NCBI RefSeq assembly: GCF_001194135.2 | Contig: NC_068981.1 | Location: forward strand, 23,135,116-23,187,084 | Reading direction: 5' to 3' | DNA length: 51,969 nucleotides | Origin: Octopus bimaculoides | Lineage: Eukaryota | Part shown: in pieces, positions 1 through 12,195 of the stretch | Layout: every line of letters starts with the position of its first letter | How positions within the stretch are numbered: position 1 is the stretch's first letter | Translations under genes and position numbers: made by a program | Notes under the pieces: model-generated | The model's input: the letters and a program-made list of their open reading frames with translations, nothing else | The model's database searches: none | What the model was told of the DNA's origin: nothing

Positions 1-416
1 CATGTGTTGTTCACACATATGATGCGGAATATGAACGTAAATAAATAAATTTAAATTTAAATTTAAATTTAAAAAAAAAAAAGTCTCTATCTGATCTGAT
101 ATAAACAAAATTGTTACAAACACACATATGGACGAACATTCATACATATAAGCACGAACACATAAGTGCGTGCACACATGAGCGTGCACACATACGAGCT
201 TGCACACACTCACATGCTCATACCGAACAGTTTTGAAACAACGCCAAAACAACGCCAGATCATACATTCAAAATAAATGGAAGTGGAGAGACAAGTTACT
301 GAAGAGATTGCAAGAGTGCAATGAAATAATTTAACAAAAAACTATATAAATTAATAAAGGACTGAACCAGTGCGTGTGTTTATTACCGGCATAATGCCTC
401 TCCCAAGGTTTAATTA

Positions 417-447
<31 letters not shown>

Positions 448-680
448 TATCACCACACATGTATATGTACGGCTGAATCTCTGTTGATTCACCAGAAACA
501 AGAAATCATATATGTATGTATACATATATGTGTATGTGTGTGTGTGTGTATACATATGTATATATATATCTGTGTGTGTGTGTGTATGTATGAATGTCTG
601 TATGTATTTACATACATGTATATATGGTGGTAATGTTGAAGACAATGATTGGATTAATGATGATGATGATGTTGGTGGTG

Positions 681-711
<31 letters not shown>

Positions 712-720
712 TGGTGGTGT

Positions 721-769
<49 letters not shown>

Positions 770-980
770 GAGGATGACAATGATTTACTGACAGCTTTGT
801 GACACTGGAGAGAAAGTTGATTAGTATCCAGCAGTGATGAGATAACACCTTTGTCTCCTTTGGTCTTTGTCTGAAAACACAGACAGACAAACAGGTATCT
901 TCACCTACTTCTGTCTACGCAACCAATGGAACTCCATTTCTCAAACGATGAAGAAAATCAATAAGACACTGTTAACAAAC

Positions 981-1117
981 CTGCTTATAGCATCTTTATG
1001 TCCAATATAAGTTTTGGTCAGTTTGAAACCACCAGCTCGGATAGGGTAGCTGGCCATTGTCTTGGACATTAGCAAAAGTGGGTTTACCTTTCTGTCTGTC
1101 GGAAACTTGGCGTCCTT
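981..1117 (-). CDS. SPAG16: SPAG16 exon 9 (KDAKFPTDRKVNPLLLMSKTMASYPIRAGGFKLTKTYIGHKDAIS), leading into the first WD40 repeat
   Basis: 137 nt, ttacag acceptor and AG|gtttgt donor, phase 0 to 2. KDAKFPTD..NP resembles KDSEFPID..NP, and the GH dipeptide starts the WD40 region. The gene continues left of the window. Confidence 0.88.
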
Positions 1118-1171
1118 CTGTAAACAGAAATAGCAATCAAGGACACAGTATTAGAGGAGTGGGGCAGGCAA

Positions 1172-1204
<33 letters not shown>

Positions 1205-1551
1205 CAACAGCAGTAGTGGTGGTGGTGGTGGCGGTGAGTGATAAGGTCCATTAGGAAGCATACACTTAAACCTTTAGCATTTAAACTGACCATATCTGGC
1301 CAAAATAATCTAGCAGTTTTATCTTTGAACTGGATAGATTTGGCCTCTCACATTTACCCTACAAAATTATTCTACAAATAAACAATCATGTCATTGAAAT
1401 CTCAAAGCTACAAGGTAAGGCATGACTAATTCATATTGATGTGTATAAATAAGCGTTACATTTGACAGAGTAAATTGATTGCTAAAGGGTTAATTGCTCA
1501 AGAAGGAACAAACAACAACAACATATATATGTGTGTGTGTGTATGTATATC

Positions 1552-2225
1552 ATCATCATCATCATCATCATCATCATCGTTTAACGTCTGCTTTCCATGC
1601 TAGCATAGGTTGGATGATTTGACTGAGGACTGGTGAAACCAGATGGCTACACCAGGGTCCAATCTGATTTGGCATGGTTTCTACAGCTGGATGCCCTTCC
1701 TAACGCCAACCACTCTGAGAGTGTAGTGGGTGCTTTTACGTGCCACCGGTATGAAGGCCAGTCAGAAGGTATTGGCAACGGCCATGCTCGAAATGGTGTA
1801 TTTTACATGCCACCTGCACAGGAGCCAGTCATGGGGCACTGGCAACGAACTCGCCCGAATGTCTTTACACATGCCACTGGCACAAGTGCCAGGAAGGCGA
1901 CGTTGGTAACGATCACGTTCAAATGGTGCTATTTACGTGCTACCGTCACGGGAGCCAGACAGCTGGTGCTCTGGCAACAATCACGCTCGGAAGGTGCTCT
2001 TAGTGATCTACTGGTACAGGTGCTATCACGATTTTGCTTTTGCTTGCCCCAACAGGTCTTCACAAGCCGAGTTTAGTGTTCAATGAAGAGACGTTGGCAT
2101 GGGTGCCAGTCTACAAATTTAGTTCGATTTCGATTTCACTTGCCTCAACAGGTCTTTGCAACCGGAGTTTAGTGTCCAAAGAAGGAATGTCCCTGGCAGA
2201 GGCCTTGGATTTTGGTCTCACTTGG
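1552..2225 (-). mobile_element. Retroposon family A, (GAT)n-tailed, with internal tandem subrepeats
   Basis: 3' end CGTCCAACC.ATGCTAGCATGGAAAGC.GACGTTAAACGATGATGAT and the motif GGTTGGCGTTAGGAAGGGCATCC. Multiple copies in the window. Confidence 0.85.
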
Positions 2226-2812
2226 CTTATATATATATATGACCGGCTTCTACACAACTTCCTTTCCATCAACCAAATTCACTTAAAAGTCATTAATTGA
2301 CTCTGGGCTTTAGCAGAAGACTCTTGTTTGAGGTTCTGCAAAGTAAGACTGAACCTGAAATCACATGGTTGTGAAGCAAACTTCTTACCCACATAGCCAT
2401 GCCTGTGCTTATATTCATAGTACTTATTTGAATGGGATAACATTGCATAAACTCAGATTTAGATCTGTCATGAGCCCTAAGACTTGTGGACCTCATAAGA
2501 CTCATAAGCCTCATTAGACTCTCTTTCCAGGAAATATAAATGACAGATTACAATATGTCCTACTGAATGGGATGTTGGTCTGTCACGAGGTCAGCTACCA
2601 CAGCTATCGCTGGAACTCAATTTACAGCTGAGTGAACTGAAGTAACATGAAATGAAGTGTTTTGCTCAAGAACACAATGTACTGACTGGTGCAGAAACTA
2701 AACCATGATCTTGTGATCATGAGTGCAACACCCTGACCACTAGGCCATGAACCTTCACCTTTGGCATTGCATAGAATTGAAGAAAGATAAGCAAATATGG
2801 AAGTGAACTTAC

Positions 2813-2946
2813 CTTAAGCTCTCTTGCAAAGCTGCTCTTCGTAGACTTCTCCCTTTCTTCTGCTAGTTTCCTCTGTGTTGGCCCCATGCCTTTCTCATCC
2901 AATATCACTCTACCTTTACCACAAGGATGTGTAGTTAGGTATTGTT
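2813..2946 (-). CDS. SPAG16: SPAG16 exon 8 (EQYLTTHPCGKGRVILDEKGMGPTQRKLAEEREKSTKSSFARELK)
   Basis: 134 nt, tgacag acceptor and AAG|gtaagt donor, phase 1 to 0. Contains the GPTQ motif. Confidence 0.88.
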
Positions 2947-3873
2947 CTGTCAAAATATCAAAGCTAAATTAAATATACATGTTTAACTATATTTTCTGTA
3001 ATTTTTCTGTTTTATTATAATTTACTCCCACCCACCAACACATACAAACACATATAAACACACATGAACACGAACACATATACATAGATATGCACACATA
3101 CACACACATCTGCATCCACATACATACGCACACACAAACACTCACACACATCTCAATATCCATAAACATATATATGATGAACTTCCCTATTGTTTCCATC
3201 TACCATTTCCACTTACAAGGCATTGATTGAACCAGGGTTAGAAGAGAGGAAAATTACTTAAATCAATTGAGACCAACTCCAAATGAGATGCTCTAAAGAA
3301 TCAAGAATTCTCCAGAATTGACATGTCATGAAAAAACAGACACTAAGCATGCATTAAACTTGCAAAAACTGATGAAGTGCAGCAGTCATTGAGTCATTGC
3401 ACAGAAACTGGTATCCCAAATCTAAGTATTCCATTCCTATGTTATTTAGCCATGATAAATTTAACCATGTATTTCCAATGATATTGAGGTCTACTTCATT
3501 TGTTGTTACACATGTGGGATAAGGTTGGGCAACTGCTGTGCTGATGATGTCCACTGAGGCAAAGACACATCAGCACAACTGTTTTATATGTGTACAGGTA
3601 CCATCTTCATCATTATAGTTTAAATCTTTCTGGCATGTTGACATGAGTTAGACAGTTCATGATCCAACGTGTTGGAAGACTGTCATGTTCAAGTGTTTGG
3701 CATAGTTTCTAAGGCTGGGTGTTCTTCCTGACACCAACCTACAGATTGCAATGGATACCTTTTCTTTTGTGGTACCGGCCCTTGTAGGGGTCACCATGTA
3801 AATCACTTCTTCCTCCACATACATATGTTCATGCGTGCATGCATACACATAAGACTGGTAGAAAGAGGCATAT

Positions 3874-4106
3874 AAAGGTGGCAAGCTGTCAGAATTGTTA
3901 GCACGCCGGGCGAAATGCTTAGCGGTATTTTGTCTACCATTACGTTCTGAGTTCAAATTCCGCCGAGGTCGACTTTGCCTTTTATCCTTTCGGGGTCGAT
4001 AAATTAAGTACCAGTTACACTCTGGGGTCGATGTAATCGACTTAATCCCTTTGTCTGTCCTTGTTTGTCCCCTCTATGTTTAGCCCGTTGTGGGCAATAA
4101 AGAAAT
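3874..4106 (+). mobile_element. SINE family B monomer with TSD
   Basis: tRNA-like head, GAGTTCAAATTCC B-box and GCCTTT.ATCCTTTCGGGGTCGATAAA core. 15-bp TSD TAGAAAGAGGCATAT at 3859-3873 and 4107-4121. Confidence 0.88.
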
Positions 4107-5189
4107 TAGAAAGAGGCATATTTAAAATGTGCAAGAATGATATTCGTTACACTCAGGTAAGGAAGCAAAACAATGAAATGGATGCAAAATGGATAAAGAA
4201 TAAGTTGAGGAATTTTAAAATGGTGCTATTCTAGCAATAAAAAAATTAACTTCAGAATAAAATATTTCAAACATCTTTATTTTCTTTAAATTCTTTCCTT
4301 CATCTGATGAAAAGAAGATGATAAAAAAAATTATTAATATATAAAATATAAATTTATACAAATAATAAAAGTATCAACACATAAATCCATAAAATCATGA
4401 AAAATATAATTTTTTAAAAGTGGTCACAGTAACCAATATTGGTTTTAAAAAATGGATTCAAAAGAAAACAGGTTAAAAATGGTGAAGGAAAAATAAAACA
4501 AAATGGACAAAAAATAAATTTATAAATGATCAAACGTGAAGTGATAGGAATCAGAATAAAGTAAAAAGAATTGGTGTTGATAGAACATCGATCTGCTAAC
4601 TAAAATACTATGGTGGTGTTGCTAAAATGTATGTGCAGTGCATTGGGTGCAACAAAATTTCTTCAGATGAAAAGTGGTAAAAGTTCTTCACAGTGTTTTT
4701 ATCCAGTCAAAAGCAAAAATGATATTATGTTAAGGTGGTTTATACAGAGATAAACGGTATTTTGGTGCATGCTTGTAAGGATTGAATAGCTCTCACCTTA
4801 GAATTAAGCTGCTGAAATTTTGTTGCAAGAAGAGTATTTTCTCAGTTTGGCATAACTGGCAATAAAGCCTAGATGTGAAGCTTCCATGGTGATATGATTG
4901 TGTAGCACAGGATGGATCAAGTAATTCTGAATGTGTGTGTTCAGTTGTCTTTCTAATAAGCCATATACACTTTGATAAAGCTGCCCTACAGCATATTTGA
5001 GCATTAATGAAGGAATGCCTATGGTTGTTGATCTGCGATTTGAAGCTATTTTTGGTGAGTCTGTTATAGGACTTCAGTGAAGAGTTGTCTGTTAGTCTGT
5101 CAATTGTCTATTTGTCTATTTAACTATCTACATATTCATTCATCTATCTTGCTGATTAGAAGCCTATTTCTGACTGACTGTCTGTGTAC

Positions 5190-5390
5190 ATACTTATCCA
5201 ACTGTCTGTCTATCTGTCTGTTTGTCGGTCAGTCTATCTATATATCTGTCTGTCTGTCTGTCTGTTAGTCTATCTATCTATCTATCTATCTATCTCTCTA
5301 TCTCTCTATCTATCTGTCTGTCTGTCTGTCTGTCTGTCTGTCAGTCAGTCTGTCTGTCTGTCTGTCTGTCTGTATCTATCTATCTATTTG

Positions 5391-5449
<59 letters not shown>

Positions 5450-5460
5450 GTCTATATATG
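5190..5460. repeat. Compound (TCTG)n/(TCTA)n microsatellite, representative of dozens in the window
   Basis: Directly visible. Similar arrays at 420-780, 12140-12390, 23800-24260, 27200-27430, 30225-30360, 39456-39539, 44260-45430 and 49340-49870. Confidence 0.97.
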
Positions 5461-7378
5461 CACCTATTCATCTTCCTATCTACTTCTCTAGCTATCCACC
5501 AACAGCCCAACTTATCTCTGTCAATTCATCTATCAATACATTCAAACATTAAGACCTAAACTAGAAAAACAAAAAACAAAACACCTCTTTCTCTTGTCTT
5601 GTCTATTCTAATAGTCTTTGACATTTCATAATTTTGTTATATCAGTTTTTTGCACAGCTATGAACCAAATTTGACATCAAATACACTCTACCCATATGCT
5701 TAAACTTGTTGCTTGAGGTACATCATGCACTGTGGGCTTCTTTCAGTCTTGATAAACATAAAAGGAGTGAAAACGATTTTAACCAGTAACCCAAGCTGGG
5801 TCATACAGGGAGCCTCTATGTGATCCTTGAACCTGCTAGAAACAGCAGTCAAATTTTGCCTAAATTACCTTCACTGTCTGAAAAAATTGGAATGACAGAT
5901 TAGATGATATAGCATTAAATACCCCTAAATAGATGGGGGTTGGCGTCATTAGAATGCTTTTGATCATAAATCAGTTTGATCATGACTGATGTAAGATTAA
6001 ACAGCATCATCATTATTATTATTGTGCTGTAATAAGGCAGTGAGTTGGCAGAATTGTTAGCATGCTGGGAAAAATGCTTAGCAGTATTTTGCTGGTTTTT
6101 ATGTTTTGAGAGTTCAACTTCCACCGAGGTTGACTTTGGCTTTCATCCTTCTGGGGGATAATGAAATAAGTACCAACTGAGCTCTGCGGGTCAATGTAAT
6201 GTAATTGACTAACACCCCCCACCTCTAACTCCCTCAAAATTTCAGGCTGTGTGCTCTGTCCTTCTCCTCTTCCCATTCATTATCCTCCACCTCCTCCTCC
6301 TCCTCCTCCTCCCCATCATCATCATCACCACCACCGCCGCAACCACCACCATATATATACATGTATGTATATGTATGAGTATGTGTGTGTGTACGTACGA
6401 AGCTCTTGGACCTTGAGTCACTGTTACTTTTGCTAAATATTAATATATATATATATATATATATATGCATACATACGTATGTACATACATACATACGTAC
6501 ATACATACATATAGACAGACATGGTATGTATATACACAATAGGTTTCTCTACAGTTTCCATTCCATTCAAGAAGTATGGGTTAATCTGGGGCAATGATAG
6601 AAGACACTTGTCCAAGCTGCTGTGTTGTGGTACCAAACCTAAAACCACATGGTAGCAAACCAAACTTCTTAACCACTCTTAACCACACATCCATATCTGC
6701 ACCTCTATCCCAATAAACTACTCCACCATATCTAATAGACCATACATGCTCCACCGTCTCTCCCCATCCAGCTTTTTGAAGACTTCCACATTCAGTGCTC
6801 GTTTCTCACAACCATTACAGCATCAGACTTCCCAAGCAAGCTTCATGTTGCTTGCCATTTTTGCATGGAGAGAGAGAAAGAGAGAGAAACCTTTTGCTGC
6901 CAACAGAGTTAAAAGGCTCCTGAACTTTAACTCTTTCCAACTCTAGCTACGATATTTTCACTATATTGTATAAAAGCTAGCAAATGATATCAGTTATTGC
7001 AATCAGTCATCCCAATAAAAGATGTAAGCTTCATATAATTCATGATAACCATGGGGATACATTAAATAATTATTAAATTATTAATACAATGGAAGTATAA
7101 CGAAGTATCTCATTAGAAATTAGAATAATGTTGTACTGGTAGTGATAAAATATTTACCTTCTCTCTCTGAAATGAATGCCATGAAATAGCAACATATTAA
7201 ATGCGAACATACCATTATTAACCTCACTAACTGTCCCAAAGGTTGCACAGCTCTGGTGATAACATGTTCATATGATCTAACAAGAGAGCCTCTTTACAGT
7301 CATTTGATTTGCTTGACATAGCAGCTAAGTAACTATTAAGTTACACTTAACTACCTTGAAATAAAATGAAGTGCATAT

Positions 7379-7995
7379 TCATCATCATCATCATCATCAT
7401 CATTTGACCTCCGCCTTCCATGCTAGCATGGGTTGGACGATTTGACTGAGGACTGGCAAACCAGAAGGCTATACCAGGCTCCAATCTGATCCGGCAGAGT
7501 TTCTATAGCTGGATACCCTTCCTAATGCCAACCACTCCGAGAGTGTTGTGGGTGCTTTTACATGCCACCAGCACGAGGGCCAGTCAGGCAGTATTGGCAA
7601 TGGCCATGCTCAAAAGGTGTTTGTTATGTACCACCTGCACAGGAGCCAGTCCAGCGGCACTGGCAACCACCTCGCTCGAATGTTTTTTTCACATGCCACC
7701 AGCACAAGAGCCAGTAAGGTGATGCTGGTAACAATCACGCTCAAATGGTGCTATTTACGTGCCACTGGCATGGAAGTCAGACAGCTGCTCTGGCAATGAA
7801 CAGGCTCGGATAGTGCTGCTAGTGCTCTACTGGCGCAGGTGCCAGTCATCGAATTTGGTTCAGTTTCGATTTCACTTGCCCCAACAGGTCTTTGCAAGCC
7901 GAGTTTAGTGTCCAATGAAGGAGAGGTTGGCATGGGTGCCAGTTGTTGAATTTCGATTGATTTCATTTGCCTCAACAGATCTTCGCAAGCAGAGT
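7379..7995 (-). mobile_element. Retroposon family A copy
   Basis: Aligns along its length with the 1552 copy. Confidence 0.85.
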
Positions 7996-8478
7996 TTATA
8001 TTAGACAATATAATCCAAGAAACCAGTAAAATAATGGTATGATCAAAGTTCGAATGTCTTTGATCAGAAGTCTTGCTCAATCAGGGTTGACCTAGGGCTA
8101 AACAATAATAACAACAATATCTTAAGATGCTTTCGGACACCAACACCATTAGTAGAGAAGATAAAAAGATATCAATGCATGAAACTTATCCTGCTATATA
8201 ACACCAGAGGTGAGGAAAAGGACATATTGGAGAATAGAGTCTGAGGTATATTATGTCTGAAACAAAAGATGAGTTGGTCATGACTGGAATGCTTTTGATC
8301 ATAGTTCTGCTCAATCAAGACTTGCCTGGGGTTAAACAACAACAAAACCTAAATTCTAGACAAACTAATGAGGGAAGCTGTACTTGATTGTCTGACCTGC
8401 TAGAAATAGAAGCCAGTTCTTTCTCAAATCATATGCTACTATTTTAAAAATCAGGAGGACATACTGGTTAATTGGAAA

Positions 8479-8900
8479 CTCTTTTACTCTTTTACTCTTT
8501 TACTTGTTTCAGTCTTTTGACTGTGGCCATGCTGGAGCACCGCCTTTAGTTGAGCAAATCGACCCCAGGACTTATTCTTTGTAAACCTAGTACTTATTCT
8601 ATCGGTCTCTTTTGCCGAACCGTTAAGTTACGGGGGACGTAAACACACCAGCATCGGCTGTCAAGCGATGTTGAGGGGGACAATCACAGACATACAAACA
8701 CATACACACACACACATATAAATATATACATATATATGACGGGCTTCTTTTCAGTTTGTGTCTACCAAATCCACTCACAAGGCTTTCGTGGGCCCGAGGC
8801 TATAGTAGAAGACACTTGCCCAAGATGCCACGCAGTGGGACTGAACCCGGAAACATGTGGTTGATAGGCAAGCTACTTACCACACAACCACTCCTACGCC
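8479..8900 (-). mobile_element. SINE family C (tRNA head, CORE-like segment, internal microsatellite), full length
   Basis: GGCGTAGGAGTGGTTGTGTGG head, GGTTCAGTCCC B-box, GGCATCTTGGGCAAGTGTC, internal (TA)n/(TG)n, tail GCATGGCCACAGTC..GACTGAAACAAGTAAAAGAG. Confidence 0.88.
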
Positions 8901-9289
8901 TGTTTAAAAAAAAAATTTTAACTGTTGTGATAGCTGTTACTGGAACCCCTTTGATGATAGGTCTCTTCAATGAGGACTAACCTGGGTCTAAAGAACAACA
9001 ACAACAACAACAACAATCACAACCACAACAGCAAGAAAAATACAACCAGCTACATAGATTCTAAAGTATATATACTCAATATAATTGTAGAAGTTTCCAA
9101 AGATCATATCCAATGATGTCCCATAAAAAAGTACACTAACTACACAACTGAAATAGCCAACATGATAAAACCAGAATTAGCATCAAACAGGATCCACCAA
9201 CATCACACACAGCAGAAATATAAATAACCATCAAACAAATAAACATAGAAATATGAAAATATAGCAAAGGAAAGCATAAAATTATATCA

Positions 9290-9875
9290 GACATTTGCAT
9301 AAAATACACCATTCTGAGTGTGGCCATTGCCAGTACCACCTGACTGGCCTTCGTAGGATTTTCGAGCGAGATCGTTGCCAGTGCCTCTGGACTGGCTCTT
9401 GTGCGGGTGGCACATAAAATACACCATTTTGAGTGTGGCCGTTGCCAGTACCGCCTGACTGGCCTTCGTGCCGGTGGCACGTAAAAGCACCCACTACACT
9501 CTCTGAGTGGTTGGCGTTAGGAAGGGCATCCAGCTGTAGAAATTCTGCCAAANNNNNNNNNNGATTTTCGAGCGAGATCGTTGCCAGTGCCTCTGGACTG
9601 GCTCTTGTGCGGGTGGCACATAAAATACACCATTTTGAGTGTGGCCGTTGCCAGTACCGCCTGACTGGCCTTCGTGCCGGTGGCACGTAAAAGCACCCAC
9701 TACACTCTCTGAGTGGTTGGCGTTAGGAAGGGCATCCAGCTGTAGAAATTCTGCCAAATCAGATTGGAGCCTGGTGTTGCCATCCGGTTTCACCAGTCCT
9801 CAGTCAAATCGTCCAACCTATGCTAGCATGGAAAGCGGATGTTAAACAATGATGATGATGATGATGATGACGATA
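9290..9875 (+). mobile_element. Retroposon family A copy, opposite orientation, containing an assembly overlap
   Basis: Reverse complement of the 7379 copy; (GAT)n tail at 9849-9873. Confidence 0.85.
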
Positions 9876-9956
9876 AATTACATCACATGTAGAACAACGA
9901 TATGCAAAGTATGAAGCTGCAATGATAAATCTAACAATGAGCATACTACATATATG

Positions 9957-11064
9957 CTGGACTGTAGCAGAAAACACTCTTGCTCAAGGTACTGCATGCT
10001 GGGATTGAACCTGAAGTCCCATGGTTGCAAAGCAAGCTTCTTAACCATGCACCATGCCTTATGTATTTTTTTTTTCCTTGCTAGATTTGTAGAAAGGGGA
10101 AGTGACCATGAAACTAATGACATTGATGCTATTTAGACTGTTGCAAATTGACATTTGTAGCAAAGACATGAATAGGGATCAGATTTCATAGTACTGATGT
10201 CCCGGGGAAGAAGGAATAGGCGTGGTGGTTAATGCAGGGCCTAAGGTAAGATGGTGGTCTAGACATAATAAGGATGATGAGAACAGGAAGGTTAGAGGAT
10301 TAACTACTATGAGAGTCTCCCTTATGTTATTGCTCAGCCTACTAAAACTAGCAGCTAAATTACCTTTAAATCTGACCCTACTGTCTTGAAAAAGGAAAGG
10401 ACACATTAGAGAGTATGGTCCTGGAAAAACGGGAAGGTCATGGCTAGATCACCCTTGATTATAGGTTTGCTCAATCAAGGTTGATCTGGGGCTATACAGC
10501 AAAAATGACATCATTATGTTTACCATCATCATCATCAACAGTAACAACATCAACAATAACAGCAAGAGCAGCAGCATAACCACCACTGCTATGATGACGC
10601 CGCTGCCGATGACAACAATGACGACCACCACATATATATATATCTATGAAGGGCTTTATTCAGTTTCTTGCTACCAGTTTCTGTCACAAGGCTTTGATCG
10701 GCCTAGGGTTATAGAAAAAGACACCTGCCCAAGGTGCCATGCTGTGAGACTGAACTCGGAAACATGTGGTTAAGAAGTAAGCTTCTTACCACACAGCCAT
10801 GATTGCACCTATATAACTTCATTTGTTTTTTTTTTTTAATCTAACCCCAAGAATGACGAAAGGCAAAGTTGACTTCTGAGGGATTTGAAATCAGAACAGA
10901 AAGCAACATAACCAAATTCTACACAAGCTTTGGCCTAATGCTTGACTAATCCATTTTGATATTATATTACTGTTTTAAATCAGCAGATAAACTTATCTGT
11001 TCTTAATATACTTTTGAAATTTAAACTATAATTTTTAGAGTTTAGAAAAAAAAANNNNNNNNNN

Positions 11065-11110
<46 letters not shown>

Positions 11111-12140
11111 TTAAGATCTAAAGCGACTTACCAGACATTCTTTTCTCTGGTTTATTTTTAATGTCTAAATTCTTTATCGTCCTTGTCAGTTCTTCACAGT
11201 GAGTTTGAGTTCGTTCCAACTCAATCTTAGTCAACATCTTGTGTTTCATAGCAGATTCATATCTTTCTTTAAACTCTTTCAATGTTGGCTCAAAAGCACT
11301 GTAATGCTTCTTAAGACTGTAAGAAACAGATATAGAGGTACTTATATTTTTTATCTTCTCTTTTTCAGTCCCTAGGACTGTGGCCATGCCGAGACACTGG
11401 CTTGAAGGGTTTAGTTAAATAAATCAGGTTCAGTGCTTATTTTTTAAAAGTTTGGTAATTCATTCTATTGGTTGGTTTCGCAAAACCACTAAGTTACAAG
11501 GGATAAAAACTAACACAGATTGTTAGAGGACTCAAACACACATGCACATTCACAAGGCTTTGGTAAGCCCGAGGCTATAGTAGAAGACACTTGCCCAAGG
11601 TGCCACGCAGTGGGATTGAACCTGGAACCATGCGGTTGGTAAGCAAGCTATTTGCCACACAGCCACTCCTGCTATATGATTATATTAGTAAAACTTAAAC
11701 AAATCTTATAATATTTCATTACATCCTTATTTTCATGTTAGAGAAAAGTTTGTACGGCCAGACTGGAACCCACAGTTCCACTGAACAAAGTATAATAGCT
11801 GCTACAGTGAGTGAATTTTCAGAAAACATATCAGTTAAATAGGCAAAGGTATACCATATGGTTAAAAACATTACTTGTTAACTACTGATGTCACAAACTT
11901 TGCTACATCTTCATTGTCTTTCTTCTCTTGACGCCATCTTTGTGTTTAAATTTCATTATCACTTCACACCTCTTCTCTTGCATGTTTACTTTAACTCTCA
12001 CTTCTTAGAACCCTGTGTTGCACTTTCTTTCTCTCCCTTTCTTTTATCTCTCTATCACTTTTTCCACTCTCTCTCAGCTCCTCTCCATTTCAATGTTGCA
12101 GTATCTTTCTCAGTTCAACATTATCAATGCCAATACGTAT

Positions 12141-12195
<55 letters not shown>

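Noticed and set aside
789-870. Exon-like 82-nt cassette (tttcag ... tca|gtaaat) downstream of exon 9
   Set aside because: Not a multiple of 3, and no frame gives the expected WD40 sequence. At most a cryptic or poison exon; RNA-seq would be needed.
331-890. Poly-S, poly-D, poly-H and poly-M ORFs
   Set aside because: Translations of (GAT)n/(GGT)n microsatellites. The same applies to all YLSI, HT, CV and RE repeat ORFs in the track.
1633-2300. Recurrent ORFs MKPDG..LQLDALPNANHSESVVGAFTCH (also at 7525, 9494, 17969 and 25932)
   Set aside because: Antisense read-through of retroposon family A, with no conserved frame between copies.
4540-5070. Possible decayed Penelope-like RT on the minus strand
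   Set aside because: The similarity is impressionistic, and no catalytic motif is recoverable.
9357-9758. 196-bp exact tandem duplication (9357-9552 = 9563-9758)
   Set aside because: The identical copies sit on either side of a 10-N gap, which indicates an unmerged contig overlap rather than biology.
11340-11387. N-terminal extension of track ORF 11118..11387 (MATVLG..)
   Set aside because: Intronic sequence and SINE tail upstream of the real acceptor at 11317.
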